From Bdellovibrio sp. (GTDB lineage Bacteria > Bdellovibrionota > Bdellovibrionia > Bdellovibrionales > Bdellovibrionaceae), in NCBI GenBank assembly GCA_036677065.1, contig JAKFBS010000003.1, positions 416,001 through 480,000 of the forward strand: DNA of 64,000 nt. The letters run 5' to 3'. Both the position numbers and the translations under genes were made by a program. Positions within the stretch are counted from its first letter, which is position 1. The number at the start of each line of letters is the position of its first letter. Below, one piece after another: positions 1 to 10,531 of this stretch. The notes beneath the pieces were generated by a model. The model did not search any database. It was not told where the DNA came from and saw only the letters and a program-made list of their open reading frames with translations.

Positions 1-166
1 CGTCTTTGAGCCTTATTTTTCGACTAAAGAAAAAGGAACCGGCTTAGGATTGCCAATCGTTAAAAGTATTATCGAAGACCATGGCGGAGTTATTCGAGCC
101 CTAGGTAACGAGCCGCAAGGAACCAAGATTTATATAGAGCTTCCATTGTATACAAGCGCCCCTTAA
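1..166 (+). CDS. 3' end of a sensor histidine kinase (HATPase domain), probably NtrY-like; truncated by window start
   Basis: Frame 2 reads [29 protein letters not shown]...LPLYTSAP* (F and G2 boxes); stop TAA 164-166; directly upstream of an NtrX-like regulator. Confidence 0.85.
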   Translation, partial: VFEPYFSTKEKGTGLGLPIVKSIIEDHGGVIRALGNEPQGTKIYIELPLYTSAP

Positions 167-202
167 TGCTGTAGCTTTTATTAGCTATAAGAAGGTGGAC
201 GT

Positions 203-1591
203 ATGTCTCAGGTTTTACACGAAGAAAAACTAAAAACGCGCATTTTAATTATCGATGATGAAGGCCCGATTCGTCAGGTCATGTCAGAGAGTCTAAAAGA
301 CGATGGCTTTCATGTTTTAACAGCTCCAGACGGACCAACGGGTTTACAAGTTCTTCAAGAATTTAAACCGCATATTTGTTTCTTAGATATCTGGATGCCC
401 AAAATGGATGGTATCGAAGTTTTAACTCAAGCGATCCCGCAAAATCCAGACACGCAATTTATTATGATCTCTGGTCATGGCACTATCGAGACCGCAGTTA
501 AGGCGACTAAAACTGGTGCATGGGATTTTATTGAAAAGCCACTTTCGTTAGAAAAAATCACGTTAGTGATCGATCACGTTTTGAAATTCAAAGCTGAAAA
601 AGACGAAAAACAAGCGTTGTTAAATAAATTAAGAAAAAATATTGCTCTAGTCGGTGAATCAAAATCACTTCAAAAAGTGCGCGAACAAATCACGACAGTC
701 GCAAAAACTCAGCAAACGATTTTGATTTCTGGCGAGCCTGGATCAGGTCGTGAGCTAGTGGCGCAAAACATTCACTTTATGAGTTCACAAGCCAGCCGTT
801 CAATTGTTGAAATCAACTGTGCAACATTACCTCAGGATTTAATTGAAATTGAGTTGTTTGGCATTGAAAAAGGCGTGTTACCAGGAATCGATAAAACTCG
901 TAAGGGTAAATTAGAATTGATCGAAGGCGGTACTGTAATCATCGAAGAGATCGAAGAAATGCCACAGGCTATTCAATTAAAACTTTTACAGTACTTAAGA
1001 ACGCAAAAGTTTTCGCGCGTAGGTTCAGCTGATGCGATTAGCGCGACATCGCGAGTGATTTTAACTTCATCAACAAATCTTTCAGCGTTAATCGCTAGTG
1101 GCAAAGTTGCAACAGAACTTGCAGGATTATTACAGAACAACGAAATCGTGGTTGATCCACTTCGTAATCGTCCAGAAGACATTCAGTCTTTGATTTTTCA
1201 CTTTAGTGACATTATCGCCAAACAAATGGCTTCATTTAGAAAAACAATTTCTGAACAAGGTTTAAAACTTTTAGTGAAACACTCATGGCCGGGTAATATC
1301 CGTGAACTTAAAAACTTTATTGAGCGTGTGTATATCTTAACGCCGTCAGATTACGTTGACGTGCATGATTTACGTTTCGCTGGTCTGTCAGATAAAAAAG
1401 ACGGTGTGCCAGGAAGTCACTCTGAAATTTCAACATTCCGTGATGCGCGTGCAGAATTTGAAAAAGATTATTTAATTAAAAAAATTCAGGAAAATGGCGG
1501 CAATATTTCAAAAACTGCTGAAGCCATTGGTTTAGAGCGCAGTTATTTACACAGAAAAATTAAAGCGTACGGTATCGAGGTCAACATATGA
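203..1591 (+). CDS. ntrX: NtrC-family response regulator (REC-AAA+-Fis HTH), NtrX-like
   Basis: REC (ILIIDDE, FLDIWMP, SGHG, FIEKP), AAA+ ([10 protein letters not shown]), HTH ([20 protein letters not shown]); GAFTGA replaced by GVLPGI. Confidence 0.8.
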   Translation: MSQVLHEEKLKTRILIIDDEGPIRQVMSESLKDDGFHVLTAPDGPTGLQVLQEFKPHICFLDIWMPKMDGIEVLTQAIPQNPDTQFIMISGHGTIETAVKATKTGAWDFIEKPLSLEKITLVIDHVLKFKAEKDEKQALLNKLRKNIALVGESKSLQKVREQITTVAKTQQTILISGEPGSGRELVAQNIHFMSSQASRSIVEINCATLPQDLIEIELFGIEKGVLPGIDKTRKGKLELIEGGTVIIEEIEEMPQAIQLKLLQYLRTQKFSRVGSADAISATSRVILTSSTNLSALIASGKVATELAGLLQNNEIVVDPLRNRPEDIQSLIFHFSDIIAKQMASFRKTISEQGLKLLVKHSWPGNIRELKNFIERVYILTPSDYVDVHDLRFAGLSDKKDGVPGSHSEISTFRDARAEFEKDYLIKKIQENGGNISKTAEAIGLERSYLHRKIKAYGIEVNI

Positions 1592-3333
1592 ACTTATCAA
1601 TCTTAAAGTGGTCACAGACTCATTTATTCACTCTTAAAGAAGCCCCTTCTGATGCCGAGATCCCGTCGCATAAATTGATGATGCGCTCTGGATTTATGAA
1701 AAAGCTTGGCCCTGGTCTTTATTCTTACGGAGCTATCGGACTTCGCGCTATTCGTAAATTTGAAGAGATCGTTCGCGAAGAACTTCATAAAGCTAATGGT
1801 ATCGAAATTTTAATGCCAGTAGTTCAACCGCGCGAATTGTGGGAAGAAACAGACCGTTGGGCTCAAATGGGCGCAGGTCTTCTAAAATTTAAAAATCGTA
1901 ATAACCAAGAATTCTGTTTAAGCGCTACAGCCGAAGAAGCAGTTGTTGATTACGTACGCCATGAATTAAAATCATGGAGAGATTTTCCTAAAAATATTTA
2001 TCAGATTCAGACAAAATACCGTGATGAAATCAGACCTCGTTTTGGTTTAATGCGCGGCCGTGAATTTGTGATGAAAGATGCCTACAGCTTTGATTTAGAT
2101 CAAGCAGGTGCTCTTAAATCTTATGAAGATATGTATCAGGCCTACGAACGAATTTTTAATCGTTTGAATCTAGAATACCGCGCTGTACAGGCTGATGCCG
2201 GTAACATCGGCGGCAGTCAAACGCACGAGTTTCAGCTTTTAGCCGAAGCCGGTGAAGATGCTTTATTAGTTTCAGATAAAACACGATTTGCGGCCAATGT
2301 TGAAGTTTGTCCAGCGATTGATGCTGTTCCGCATATTTCTAATGAAGCTGAAAAGACAATGGAGAAATTTGAAACCCCAAATCAAAAAACAATCACAGAT
2401 CTTGAAGCCTTCACAAAAATTCCAGCTCGCGATTTGGTTAAAACTCTTTATTTTTCTACTAACGAAGATCCAAAAGTAAAAGACATTAAGGCTGTGGCTA
2501 TTTTACTTCGTGGCTCTGACGAAGTTAATCCAATCAAAATTAAAAACATGCTTGGAATGTCAAACTCTCCAGAGATGTTAACTGATGAACAAGTGCGTGA
2601 AGTGACAGGAGCAAACCCAGGCTCATGCGGTCCTATCGGCTTAAAAATCCCGGTCTACGCTGATAACGGCATTATGGGATTAAAAAATTACATCGTCGGT
2701 GCTAACGAAGACCACTTCCACTTACGCAATGTAAACCATGGCCGTGATTATCAAATCACAAAAACTGCTGATTTACGTATGGCGCGCGAAGGCGATAAAT
2801 GCCCTGAATCTGATGGTCAATTAAAATCTTACCGCGGTATTGAAGTGGGTCATGTATTCTACTTAGGACAAAAGTATTCGAAAAAAATGAACGGTGTTTT
2901 CTTAGATAAAAACGGAAAATCACAGCATTACGAAATGGGCTGTTACGGAATTGGTATCACTCGCGTTGTTCAGGCTGCGATTGAACAAAGTCATGACCAA
3001 GATGGTATCATCTGGTCAAAAGCACTTTCTCCGTTTCATGTGCATATTTGTTTATTAGATATTAAAGATGAAAACTTAACAAAATATGTGAACGATTTAG
3101 CTCTGCGTTTTGCAGAAAAAGGCATTGAAACATTTATTGATGATCGTGATGAGCGCCCAGGTGTGAAATTTAAAGATGCAGATCTTTTAGGTTTTCCAGT
3201 GCGTATCGTTGTCGGTAAAAAAGGTTTTGAAGCCGCACAAATCGAAGTTGTAAACCGTAAAACTAAAGAAGTTGAAAAAGTAGCTCCTGATGCAGTTCTG
3301 GCTCAGGCAGAAAAAGTTTTAGCTACAAGATAG
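1588..3333 (+). CDS. proS: Proline--tRNA ligase (bacterial type with INS editing domain)
   Basis: QTKYRDEIRPRFGLMRGREF, GIEVGHVFYLG, MGCYGIG motifs; ATGA overlap with ntrX. Confidence 0.97.
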   Translation: MNLSILKWSQTHLFTLKEAPSDAEIPSHKLMMRSGFMKKLGPGLYSYGAIGLRAIRKFEEIVREELHKANGIEILMPVVQPRELWEETDRWAQMGAGLLKFKNRNNQEFCLSATAEEAVVDYVRHELKSWRDFPKNIYQIQTKYRDEIRPRFGLMRGREFVMKDAYSFDLDQAGALKSYEDMYQAYERIFNRLNLEYRAVQADAGNIGGSQTHEFQLLAEAGEDALLVSDKTRFAANVEVCPAIDAVPHISNEAEKTMEKFETPNQKTITDLEAFTKIPARDLVKTLYFSTNEDPKVKDIKAVAILLRGSDEVNPIKIKNMLGMSNSPEMLTDEQVREVTGANPGSCGPIGLKIPVYADNGIMGLKNYIVGANEDHFHLRNVNHGRDYQITKTADLRMAREGDKCPESDGQLKSYRGIEVGHVFYLGQKYSKKMNGVFLDKNGKSQHYEMGCYGIGITRVVQAAIEQSHDQDGIIWSKALSPFHVHICLLDIKDENLTKYVNDLALRFAEKGIETFIDDRDERPGVKFKDADLLGFPVRIVVGKKGFEAAQIEVVNRKTKEVEKVAPDAVLAQAEKVLATR

Positions 3334-3343
3334 GAAATAGAAC

Positions 3344-4039
3344 ATGTCACAAAACTTGATCAAAAATCCAATCATGTTAGCTCTTGATGTAGATACAAAA
3401 GAGCAAGCGCAAAAGATTTTAGATCAAGTGGGTGATGTGGTCGGTGCGATTAAAATCGGCCCACGTCTTGGCTATCAGTACGGCGCTGAATTTATCAAAG
3501 AATGCGCTAAAGTTGCCCCGGTTTTTATTGATAATAAATATTTTGATATCCCATCAACGATGGTTTCAGCAGTGAAAACAAGTTTTCATGCAGGAGCCAC
3601 ATTTGTAACAGTGCACGCATTATCGGGTAGCGAAGCTTTAACCGAACTCGCAAAACTAGAAAAAGAATTAAATCAAATTCGTCCCTTTAAAATCCTAGCC
3701 GTCACGATTCTTACAAGCTGGGATCAAAACTCAATACCCAAATCATTGCATCCATGGCCTGTCACAGATCATGTATTAAGTCTTGCTAACCTAGTGCTTG
3801 ATTCTGGCTTAACTGGTTTGGTTTGTTCAGCTCACGAGCTGGAACTGCTTAAAAACCACGATCTGTATAAGGTAACTCCCGGGATTCGACCCGATTCAGC
3901 TGCTGCAGACGATCAAAAACGTGTAATGAATCCACAACAAGCAATTCAAGCTGGCGCTTCTGCCTTAGTTATTGGTAGACCCATCTTGCAAGCAACCAAT
4001 CCAAAACAAGCTGTTCTAGATATTTTAAAAAGTATCTAA
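3344..4039 (+). CDS. pyrF: Orotidine-5'-phosphate decarboxylase
   Basis: LALDV, FIDNKYFDIPST (DxKxxDIxxT), VTPGIR, DDQKR, LVIGRPI. Confidence 0.95.
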   Translation: MSQNLIKNPIMLALDVDTKEQAQKILDQVGDVVGAIKIGPRLGYQYGAEFIKECAKVAPVFIDNKYFDIPSTMVSAVKTSFHAGATFVTVHALSGSEALTELAKLEKELNQIRPFKILAVTILTSWDQNSIPKSLHPWPVTDHVLSLANLVLDSGLTGLVCSAHELELLKNHDLYKVTPGIRPDSAAADDQKRVMNPQQAIQAGASALVIGRPILQATNPKQAVLDILKSI

Positions 4040-4057
4040 GACTATTTAGGAACATGT

Positions 4058-4972
4058 ATGAGAAGAACTTCAGGCAAAGCCCAAGGTGGCAAAAACTCTC
4101 CACGCCCAGCACAAGGCCGTACGCAATCTGGCAGTCGTCCAGCAGCTAAAAGCAATCGACCTCCAGCACGTGTTTCTCATGGAGCTCGCGGCGGTCAGGT
4201 TCAGGCCCGCGCATCAGCAACTCAAGGCATGCATTCGTCCCTTCCTAAATCTTGGCGCCAAATTGCCGGAACCCACGCTGTAAAAGAAGCTTTAAGTGTA
4301 CGTCCACAGTCGATCAAACAAGCTTATGTACAAGCTAATTTATTAAATTCACCTGAAATTAAAGAGCTATTACAAATTTTTAAAGCTAAAGACATTCGTT
4401 TCGAAGAAAAAAACGAAATGGAATTAGCAAAACTTTGCGCTGGCCACCAAGGCGCTGTGATTTTTTCAGATTACAATCCAGCTTTTGATTACACTCAGCA
4501 GGGTTGGGAAGATAAAAGCATTATTTTAGCCTTGGACGGCGTCGAAGACCCACATAATTTAGGTGCGATTTTACGTACGAGCTGGTTAATGGGCGTAAGT
4601 GGTCTAATCATTCCTCAAGACCGCGCTGTAGGCTTAACGCCAACAGTTCACAAGGTGGCTTGCGGTGGTGTAGAGCACGTTGAAATCGCCCGTATCAATA
4701 ATTTTAACGATCCGTTCGAGACTTTAAAACAAGCCGGATTCTGGGTTTATGGTCTTTCGCATAAGGCCACAAAATCAATTTACGACATTCAATACCCAGA
4801 AAAAGTAATTTGGGTATTGGGCGCAGAAGACAAGGGCCTACGTTCGACGACAGAGCGTGTGTGTGATGAATTGGTTTCGATTCCGCAGGCTTCACCAGAG
4901 GCAAGCTATAACGTTTCTGTGGCTACAGCGATGGCTTTAGCCGAAACTAAACGCCAATGGACAAAAAAATAA
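4058..4972 (+). CDS. rlmB: SPOUT 23S rRNA 2'-O-methyltransferase (RlmB/TrmH family) with low-complexity N-terminal extension
   Basis: LDGVEDPHNLGAILR, VLGAEDKGL, SYNVSVA motifs. Confidence 0.85.
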   Translation: MRRTSGKAQGGKNSPRPAQGRTQSGSRPAAKSNRPPARVSHGARGGQVQARASATQGMHSSLPKSWRQIAGTHAVKEALSVRPQSIKQAYVQANLLNSPEIKELLQIFKAKDIRFEEKNEMELAKLCAGHQGAVIFSDYNPAFDYTQQGWEDKSIILALDGVEDPHNLGAILRTSWLMGVSGLIIPQDRAVGLTPTVHKVACGGVEHVEIARINNFNDPFETLKQAGFWVYGLSHKATKSIYDIQYPEKVIWVLGAEDKGLRSTTERVCDELVSIPQASPEASYNVSVATAMALAETKRQWTKK

Positions 4973-5030
4973 ATTCTTAACATACAATTAGTGGACGTTT
5001 CTTAATTCGCGGTGATAAAATTTTGGTTAG

Positions 5031-5609
5031 ATGAGTGAAGCTGCAAAAACCAAAAGATTATTTGTCGCGATTAAGCCAAGCCTGGGGCAAATTTATCAAT
5101 TAGACCCATTTTTAAAAAAATTGAAAAAATCTTTCGACCAAAAAGAAATTCAAATCAAATGGTCGCCTCTAGAAAACATGCACATCACGTTAAGTTTTCT
5201 AGGTGATACTCCTGAAGATAAAATTCCGATTTTACGAGAGAAATTATCAGAAATTGCAATTCATGCACATGAGTTTAATTTGAAAATTCACGACTTAGGA
5301 GCTTTCGATCATTTTCAAAAAGCGCGAACTCTTTTCGTCGACGTACAACGCTCACAACCCCTTTTAGACTTACAGTCTTTGATCGAGCAAAAATTAGAAC
5401 TACCGCCGCAACAGCAATATTACCCCCATATGACTTTAGGACGGCTGCGAAATCCAAATTCTGTTGAGTCGGCAGCTAGCCCTTTTAAAAAAATAGATCT
5501 CGGAAAAGGGGAGATTAGCTCGGTTTTTTTGATGGAAAGCCAACTTAGTGGACATTTTCCGGTGTACTCGGACATTTTTGAAGCACCTCTGGTTAAAAAC
5601 CAAGCATAA
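5031..5609 (+). CDS. thpR: RNA 2',3'-cyclic phosphodiesterase (2H phosphoesterase, LigT/ThpR)
   Basis: RLFVAI start; two HxT motifs (HITLSFLG, PHMTLGR). Confidence 0.9.
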   Translation: MSEAAKTKRLFVAIKPSLGQIYQLDPFLKKLKKSFDQKEIQIKWSPLENMHITLSFLGDTPEDKIPILREKLSEIAIHAHEFNLKIHDLGAFDHFQKARTLFVDVQRSQPLLDLQSLIEQKLELPPQQQYYPHMTLGRLRNPNSVESAASPFKKIDLGKGEISSVFLMESQLSGHFPVYSDIFEAPLVKNQA

Positions 5610-5741
5610 AACTTTACGTTCTTATTAAAAATAAATTTGACCTGATCGAGCGAATCCAGTAAAAATTCCAAGTTACTAAAATTTTTGACGAATTTTAGCT
5701 TTTGCAAAAAGGCTGGAATTTTATACGAAGTTTTAGGCTAT

Positions 5742-5817
5742 GCTGGCATAGCTCAATTGGTAGAGCAGCTGATTTGTAATCAGCAGGTTGCGGGTTCGAG
5801 TCCCATTGCCAGCTCCA
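5742..5817 (+). tRNA. tRNA-Thr (anticodon TGT)
   Basis: GCTGGCA/TGCCAGC acceptor stem, CTGAT-TTGTAA-TCAG anticodon arm, GGTTCGAGTCC, encoded CCA. Confidence 0.97.
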
Positions 5818-5883
5818 TTTTTCGCTTAAGTGCGAATTTTGCGAGTGTACACTATAGCTAAATGTACATAGACGTTAATTAAT

Positions 5884-5969
<86 letters not shown>

Positions 5970-6067
5970 TTTTTTGTTTTCCCTTGTGGGCGATCTTAAA
6001 ATGTCATTAGCGTCGAACCTTTCGGTTTTTTTTCGAATGGTTTACAGTCGCAAGATAAAAGATTTTG

Positions 6068-6144
6068 GCGGGAGTAGCTCAATTGGCTAGAGTATCTGCC
6101 TTCCAAGCAGAGGGTTGCGAGTTCGAGACTCGTCTCCCGCTCCA
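6068..6144 (+). tRNA. tRNA-Gly (anticodon TCC)
   Basis: GCGGGAG/CTCCCGC acceptor stem, CTGC-CTTCCAA-GCAG arm, GTTCGAG, CCA. Confidence 0.96.
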
Positions 6145-6161
6145 AAGTTTTTTGCCCTTAC

Positions 6162-6236
6162 GCCCGTGTAGCTCAGTGGTAGAGCACACCCTTGGTAAGG
6201 GTGAGGTCGTCGGTTCGGCTCCGATCACGGGCTCCA
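6162..6236 (+). tRNA. tRNA-Thr (anticodon GGT)
   Basis: GCCCGTG/CACGGGC acceptor stem, CACCC-TTGGTAA-GGGTG arm, CCA; classic Thr-Tyr-Gly-Thr cluster before tuf. Confidence 0.95.
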
Positions 6237-6345
6237 GTTCGAAAGAATTGAAGTAAGTGGTGAAGAAGAATTGATGAGTGATTTAAAAATTTAAAAAGCT
6301 TTTTTAATTAAAAGTTATAAAACAAACATTCTCGCAGGAGGACAT

Positions 6346-7536
6346 ATGTCTAAAGAGAAATTTAACAGATCAAAACCGCATGTAAACATCGGTACCATTG
6401 GTCACGTCGATCATGGTAAAACAACTTTAACAGCTGCTATCACGACTACTCTTGCGACTATGGGTAAAGCGCAAGCTATGGCTTACGATCAAATCGATAA
6501 GTCTCCAGAAGAAAAAGCACGTGGTATCACTATCTCTACAACTCACGTTGAGTACGAAACTGACAACCGTCACTACGCTCACGTTGACTGCCCAGGCCAT
6601 GCCGATTACGTAAAAAATATGATCACTGGTGCCGCACAAATGGACGGAGCAATCCTAGTAGTTTCTGCAGCTGACGGTCCTATGCCACAAACTCGTGAGC
6701 ATATCTTACTTGCACGCCAAGTAGGTGTTCCAGCTCTAGTTGTATTCATGAACAAATGTGACATGGTTGATGATAAAGAATTACTTGAACTTGTTGAAAT
6801 GGAAGTTCGTGAATTATTATCTAAATACGAATTCCCTGGCGATACTATCCCTATCGTTAAAGGTTCTGCTAAATTAGGTTTAGAAGGTGACCAATCTGAG
6901 TATGGTCGTCCATCTATCTTAGCTTTAATGGAAGCTTGTGATAAACATATCCCTGAACCAGTTCGCGCTATCGAAAAAACATTCTTAATGCCAGTAGAGG
7001 ACGTGTTCTCTATCTCTGGTCGTGGTACTGTTGTTACAGGCCGTGTTGAGCGTGGTATCGTTAAAGTAAATGACGAGATCGAAATCGTTGGTATCCGTCC
7101 GACTCAAAAAACTACAGTTACTGGAATCGAAATGTTCCGTAAATTGTTAGATGAAGGTCGCGCTGGAGACAACTGCGGTGTTCTTTTACGTGGTACTAAA
7201 AAAGAAGATGTTGAACGTGGCCAAGTATTAATCAAGCCAGGTTCAGTTAAACCACACAAAAAATTCAAAGGTGAGGCATACATCCTTACTAAAGATGAAG
7301 GTGGACGTCATACTCCATTCTTTACTAACTACCGTCCACAATTCTACTTCAGAACTACAGATGTTACAGGTGTTGTAACTCTTAAAGCTGGAACTGAAAT
7401 GGTTATGCCAGGTGATAAAGTTGAGATTAACGTTGAGTTAATCACTCCAATCGCAATGGAACAATCTTTACGTTTCGCTATCCGTGAGGGTGGCCGTACA
7501 GTTGGTGCCGGCGTAGTTGTTGAAATCATCGAGTAG
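6346..7536 (+). CDS. tuf: Elongation factor Tu
   Basis: [34 protein letters not shown]. Confidence 0.99.
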   Translation: MSKEKFNRSKPHVNIGTIGHVDHGKTTLTAAITTTLATMGKAQAMAYDQIDKSPEEKARGITISTTHVEYETDNRHYAHVDCPGHADYVKNMITGAAQMDGAILVVSAADGPMPQTREHILLARQVGVPALVVFMNKCDMVDDKELLELVEMEVRELLSKYEFPGDTIPIVKGSAKLGLEGDQSEYGRPSILALMEACDKHIPEPVRAIEKTFLMPVEDVFSISGRGTVVTGRVERGIVKVNDEIEIVGIRPTQKTTVTGIEMFRKLLDEGRAGDNCGVLLRGTKKEDVERGQVLIKPGSVKPHKKFKGEAYILTKDEGGRHTPFFTNYRPQFYFRTTDVTGVVTLKAGTEMVMPGDKVEINVELITPIAMEQSLRFAIREGGRTVGAGVVVEIIE

Positions 7537-7578
7537 TTTTAACTACTCGGTTTCAAGCTTAGCTTAAAACTGATTGAA

Positions 7579-7609
7579 AAGGCCGACTGAAAAGTCGGTC
7601 TTTTTTTTT
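7579..7609 (+). terminator. Intrinsic terminator after tuf
   Basis: AAGGCCGACT-GAAA-AGTCGGTCTT followed by T run. Confidence 0.85.
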
Positions 7610-7696
7610 GACTTTTGCTCTTGCTCAAGCTTTTGGCCCAAGTCAAATAAAGCTTGTCGAGGCATGAAAATACAGAGTATATTTTGCGTTTAATGC

Positions 7697-7772
7697 AGGG
7701 GTTTAGCTCCAGCGGTAGAGCGAGCGACTCCAAATCGCTAGGTCGTGGGTTCGAATCCCCCAGCCCCTGCCA
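7697..7772 (+). tRNA. tRNA-Trp (anticodon CCA)
   Basis: AGCGA-CTCCAAA-TCGCT arm, GGTTCGAATCC, CCA end; typical position before secE; upstream TTGTCG-18-TATATT promoter-like pair. Confidence 0.95.
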
Positions 7773-7911
7773 ATTTTACTTCACTTTTAACTAAATCAAG
7801 TTAAGCTTAGTGGTGAAATTGAAAAATGAGACCGTTTTGTTTTATTCACGAAGGATGAAACATAAAAAATTTCGGTTTTTAATAACTGAAGAACAGATAA
7901 GGATTTTACGG

Positions 7912-8289
7912 ATGGATAATACAAATTCAAAATTTATTACGGTATGTTTTTTATCATTAGCTGCGCTAGTTGGTTTTACCGTATCAGTTTTACTTAAAGC
8001 TTTATCTGGAGCTTTCGGCGTAATCGCAAAACTTTCTGATTACGATTTATTTAAACACGGTCTACCAGTGATGTTAGCTGTAGTTTTATTTGCTTCTCTT
8101 CAATTTAATAAAGGCGTTTTGCAATGGGCTGATGAAGTCACTGCAGAAATCAAAAAAGTAGTATGGCCACCAATTAAAGATACGCGCATGATGACAGTTG
8201 TAGTTGTTATCATGGTTTTCATTTCTTCGATCATCATCAGCGTATTTGATTTATTTTCTGGTTTCGTACTAAACCAAATTCTTAAGTAG
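7912..8289 (+). CDS. secE: Preprotein translocase subunit SecE (multi-TM form)
   Basis: EIKKVVWP motif and hydrophobic segments; ATG 7912 after AAGGA preferred to ORF-track start 7810. Confidence 0.92.
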   Translation: MDNTNSKFITVCFLSLAALVGFTVSVLLKALSGAFGVIAKLSDYDLFKHGLPVMLAVVLFASLQFNKGVLQWADEVTAEIKKVVWPPIKDTRMMTVVVVIMVFISSIIISVFDLFSGFVLNQILK

Positions 8290-8326
8290 TTAATTATTTC
8301 TGGCTTAGCCAGAGAGGAGTTGTATT

Positions 8327-8890
8327 TTGGAAAATCAAGAGACACCAAAAGCACCGACAGAAAAAAAATGGTATATCATTAATGTTCAATCTGGTTGTGA
8401 AAACACAGCTAAGGCTGCTATCGAAGAAAGAATCAAAACTAACAAAATGGAAAGCATGTTTGGCGAAATCCTAATTCCTGCTGAAAATGTTGTTGAATTA
8501 GTTAAGGGCCAAAAAACGACTAAAACTCGTAAGTTCTTTCCAGGCTATATTTTCGTTAACATGGTTCTTAGCGATCAATCTTGGCATTTAGTAAAAAATT
8601 CTTCTAAAGTGTCTGGCTTCGTGGGCGGCGCTAAAACTAAGCCACCAGAAGTTCCTGAGCACGAAGTTATGCGTGTGACTCAGCAAATGGCTGGCGTAGC
8701 TGAAAAACCTCGCGCTAAAGCCAACTACAACATCGGTGACCAAGTTACTGTTGTTGATGGTCCATTTAATAACTTCAACGGTACAGTTGAAGAAATTAAC
8801 GAAGAAAAAGCTAAAGTTAAGGTTCTTGTGTCGATCTTTGGTCGTCCAACGCCTGTTGAACTAGATTTTATTCAAGTTTCTAAAAACTAA
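8327..8890 (+). CDS. nusG: Transcription termination/antitermination factor NusG
   Basis: [45 protein letters not shown] start after GAGGAG. Confidence 0.98.
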   Translation: MENQETPKAPTEKKWYIINVQSGCENTAKAAIEERIKTNKMESMFGEILIPAENVVELVKGQKTTKTRKFFPGYIFVNMVLSDQSWHLVKNSSKVSGFVGGAKTKPPEVPEHEVMRVTQQMAGVAEKPRAKANYNIGDQVTVVDGPFNNFNGTVEEINEEKAKVKVLVSIFGRPTPVELDFIQVSKN

Positions 8891-8917
8891 TTAGCTCATA
8901 TTTTAAGCGGTATATTT

Positions 8918-8949
8918 AAAAGCCTTAGTGTAACAACTAAGGCTTTTTT
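8918..8949 (+). terminator. Intrinsic terminator after nusG
   Basis: AAAAGCCTTAGT-GTAACA-ACTAAGGCTTTT plus T run. Confidence 0.8.
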
Positions 8950-9102
8950 CGTTTTTGGGTTTGTCATAGGAGACATCCTGTCTGAAAAGGGGTTATACCC
9001 CTTTTAAACCCCTTAAGTCTGACCTTCCGGGGTCAGACTTGTAAGTGTCTTTTGGGTGTTGTTTTTCATTGGTAAAAGGTCTTATTTTTTTTATCTTTTT
9101 TG

Positions 9103-9132
9103 TTGTCTCTGACGCGGGGCTGAGGCTATATT
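9103..9132 (+). promoter_or_regulatory. Putative sigma70 promoter of rplK-rplA
   Basis: TTGTCT-18 bp-TATATT, downstream of the nusG terminator. Confidence 0.5.
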
Positions 9133-9212
9133 CTCCCTTCGTGTAAAATTCACGACAGAAATCAGAAGACTCATTGGGAGTTTTCTTTAAACCCTTTGCA
9201 AGGTGGGAATCT

Positions 9213-9641
9213 ATGGCAAAAAAAGTTACAGGTATGATCAAATTGCAGATACCGGCAGGGAAAGCTAATCCAGCTCCTCCCGTTGGACCGGCACTTGGAC
9301 AGCATGGGGTAAACATTATGGAATTCTGTAAACAGTTCAACGCGCGTACTCAAGCGCTAGGTGATAGCATTATTCCTATCATCATTACTGTTTACCAAGA
9401 CCGTTCGTTTACTTTCATCACTAAGACGCCTCCGGTATCTTCGTTAATCAAAAAGGCATTAAAATTAGAATCAGGTTCTAAAATGCCGCAAAAAGATAAA
9501 GTCGGTAAAATCAAAACTGACCAAATCAAAGTTATCGCAACTACAAAGTTGCCTGACTTAAACTGTGTGAAAGTTGAATCAGCAATGTCTCAAGTTGCCG
9601 GTACAGCAAAAAGCATGGGCTTAGAAGTAGAAGGAATGTAA
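9213..9641 (+). CDS. rplK: 50S ribosomal protein L11
   Basis: [30 protein letters not shown]; start set at ATG 9213. Confidence 0.98.
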   Translation: MAKKVTGMIKLQIPAGKANPAPPVGPALGQHGVNIMEFCKQFNARTQALGDSIIPIIITVYQDRSFTFITKTPPVSSLIKKALKLESGSKMPQKDKVGKIKTDQIKVIATTKLPDLNCVKVESAMSQVAGTAKSMGLEVEGM

Positions 9642-9642
9642 T

Positions 9643-10344
9643 ATGTCAGGTAAAAAATTTACAGCAGCAGCTAAAAAAGTTGATGCTTCAAAAAAATATT
9701 CATTCGCAGAAGGTATCAAATTAGCAATTGAAACAGCTCCAGCTAAATTTGATGAATCTATTGATATCGCAGTTAAATTAGGTATCGATCCAAAACAATC
9801 TGATCAACAAGTTCGTGGTGCTATCGCTTTACCTCACGGTTTAGGCAAAGCAGTGCGCGTTGTTGTTTTTGCTAAAGGTCCAAAAGAGAACGAAGCAAAA
9901 GCAGCTGGTGCAGATTTCGTAGGAGCTGACGACCTAGTTGAAAAAATCAACGGTGGTTGGTTAGATTTCGATAAATGTATCGCGACTCCAGACATGATGG
10001 CGACTGTATCAAAAGTTGCTAAGGTTCTTGGACCTCGTGGTTTAATGCCAAATCCTAAAGTTGGAACTGTAACTATGAACGTTACTGAAGCAGTTACAGC
10101 TGAGAAAAAAGGTAAACTTGATTTCCGCGTTGATAAAGCAGGTATCGTACATGCTTCTATCGGTCGTAAATCTATGGGTGCAGCTAAGCTTAAAGAAAAC
10201 TTTGATGCTTTCATCAATACAGTTGTTAAAGCTAAGCCAGCTACATCTAAAGGTATCTACCTTCGCTCTATGTTCGCAGCTTCTACAATGGGTCCAGCGA
10301 TCCGTTTAGATGCTAACGAAGCAATGGCAGGATCAGAAGAGTAA
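9643..10344 (+). CDS. rplA: 50S ribosomal protein L1
   Basis: AKFDES, LPHGLGK, LGPRGLMPNPK, STMGP. Confidence 0.98.
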   Translation: MSGKKFTAAAKKVDASKKYSFAEGIKLAIETAPAKFDESIDIAVKLGIDPKQSDQQVRGAIALPHGLGKAVRVVVFAKGPKENEAKAAGADFVGADDLVEKINGGWLDFDKCIATPDMMATVSKVAKVLGPRGLMPNPKVGTVTMNVTEAVTAEKKGKLDFRVDKAGIVHASIGRKSMGAAKLKENFDAFINTVVKAKPATSKGIYLRSMFAASTMGPAIRLDANEAMAGSEE

Positions 10345-10394
10345 TATTCTGCCGTAGGCGGATATCATAATTCTGTTTATTAAAAAATTATACG

Positions 10395-10505
10395 CGTCAG
10401 AGACAGTTGGTCTTCATAAGAAATTAATAGCGATCTAAATAGTTTAGATCGCTGCCAACCGAGACGGATAAAAATCTTTTAGATCTATATCCTTTTCCCT
10501 GATGC
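10395..10505 (+). promoter_or_regulatory. L10 leader (rplJ autoregulatory RNA)
   Basis: AGACAGTTGG...TTAA...CCAACCGAG pattern around hairpin GCGATCTAAA-TAG-TTTAGATCGC, directly upstream of rplJ. Confidence 0.7.
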
Positions 10506-10531
10506 CTTAAACAAACGAAAGGAAACACCTA

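Noticed and set aside
7539..7733. Minus-strand 64-aa ORF, considered as a possible rpmG slot
   Set aside because: Antisense to tRNA-Trp and the tuf terminator; no L33 similarity.
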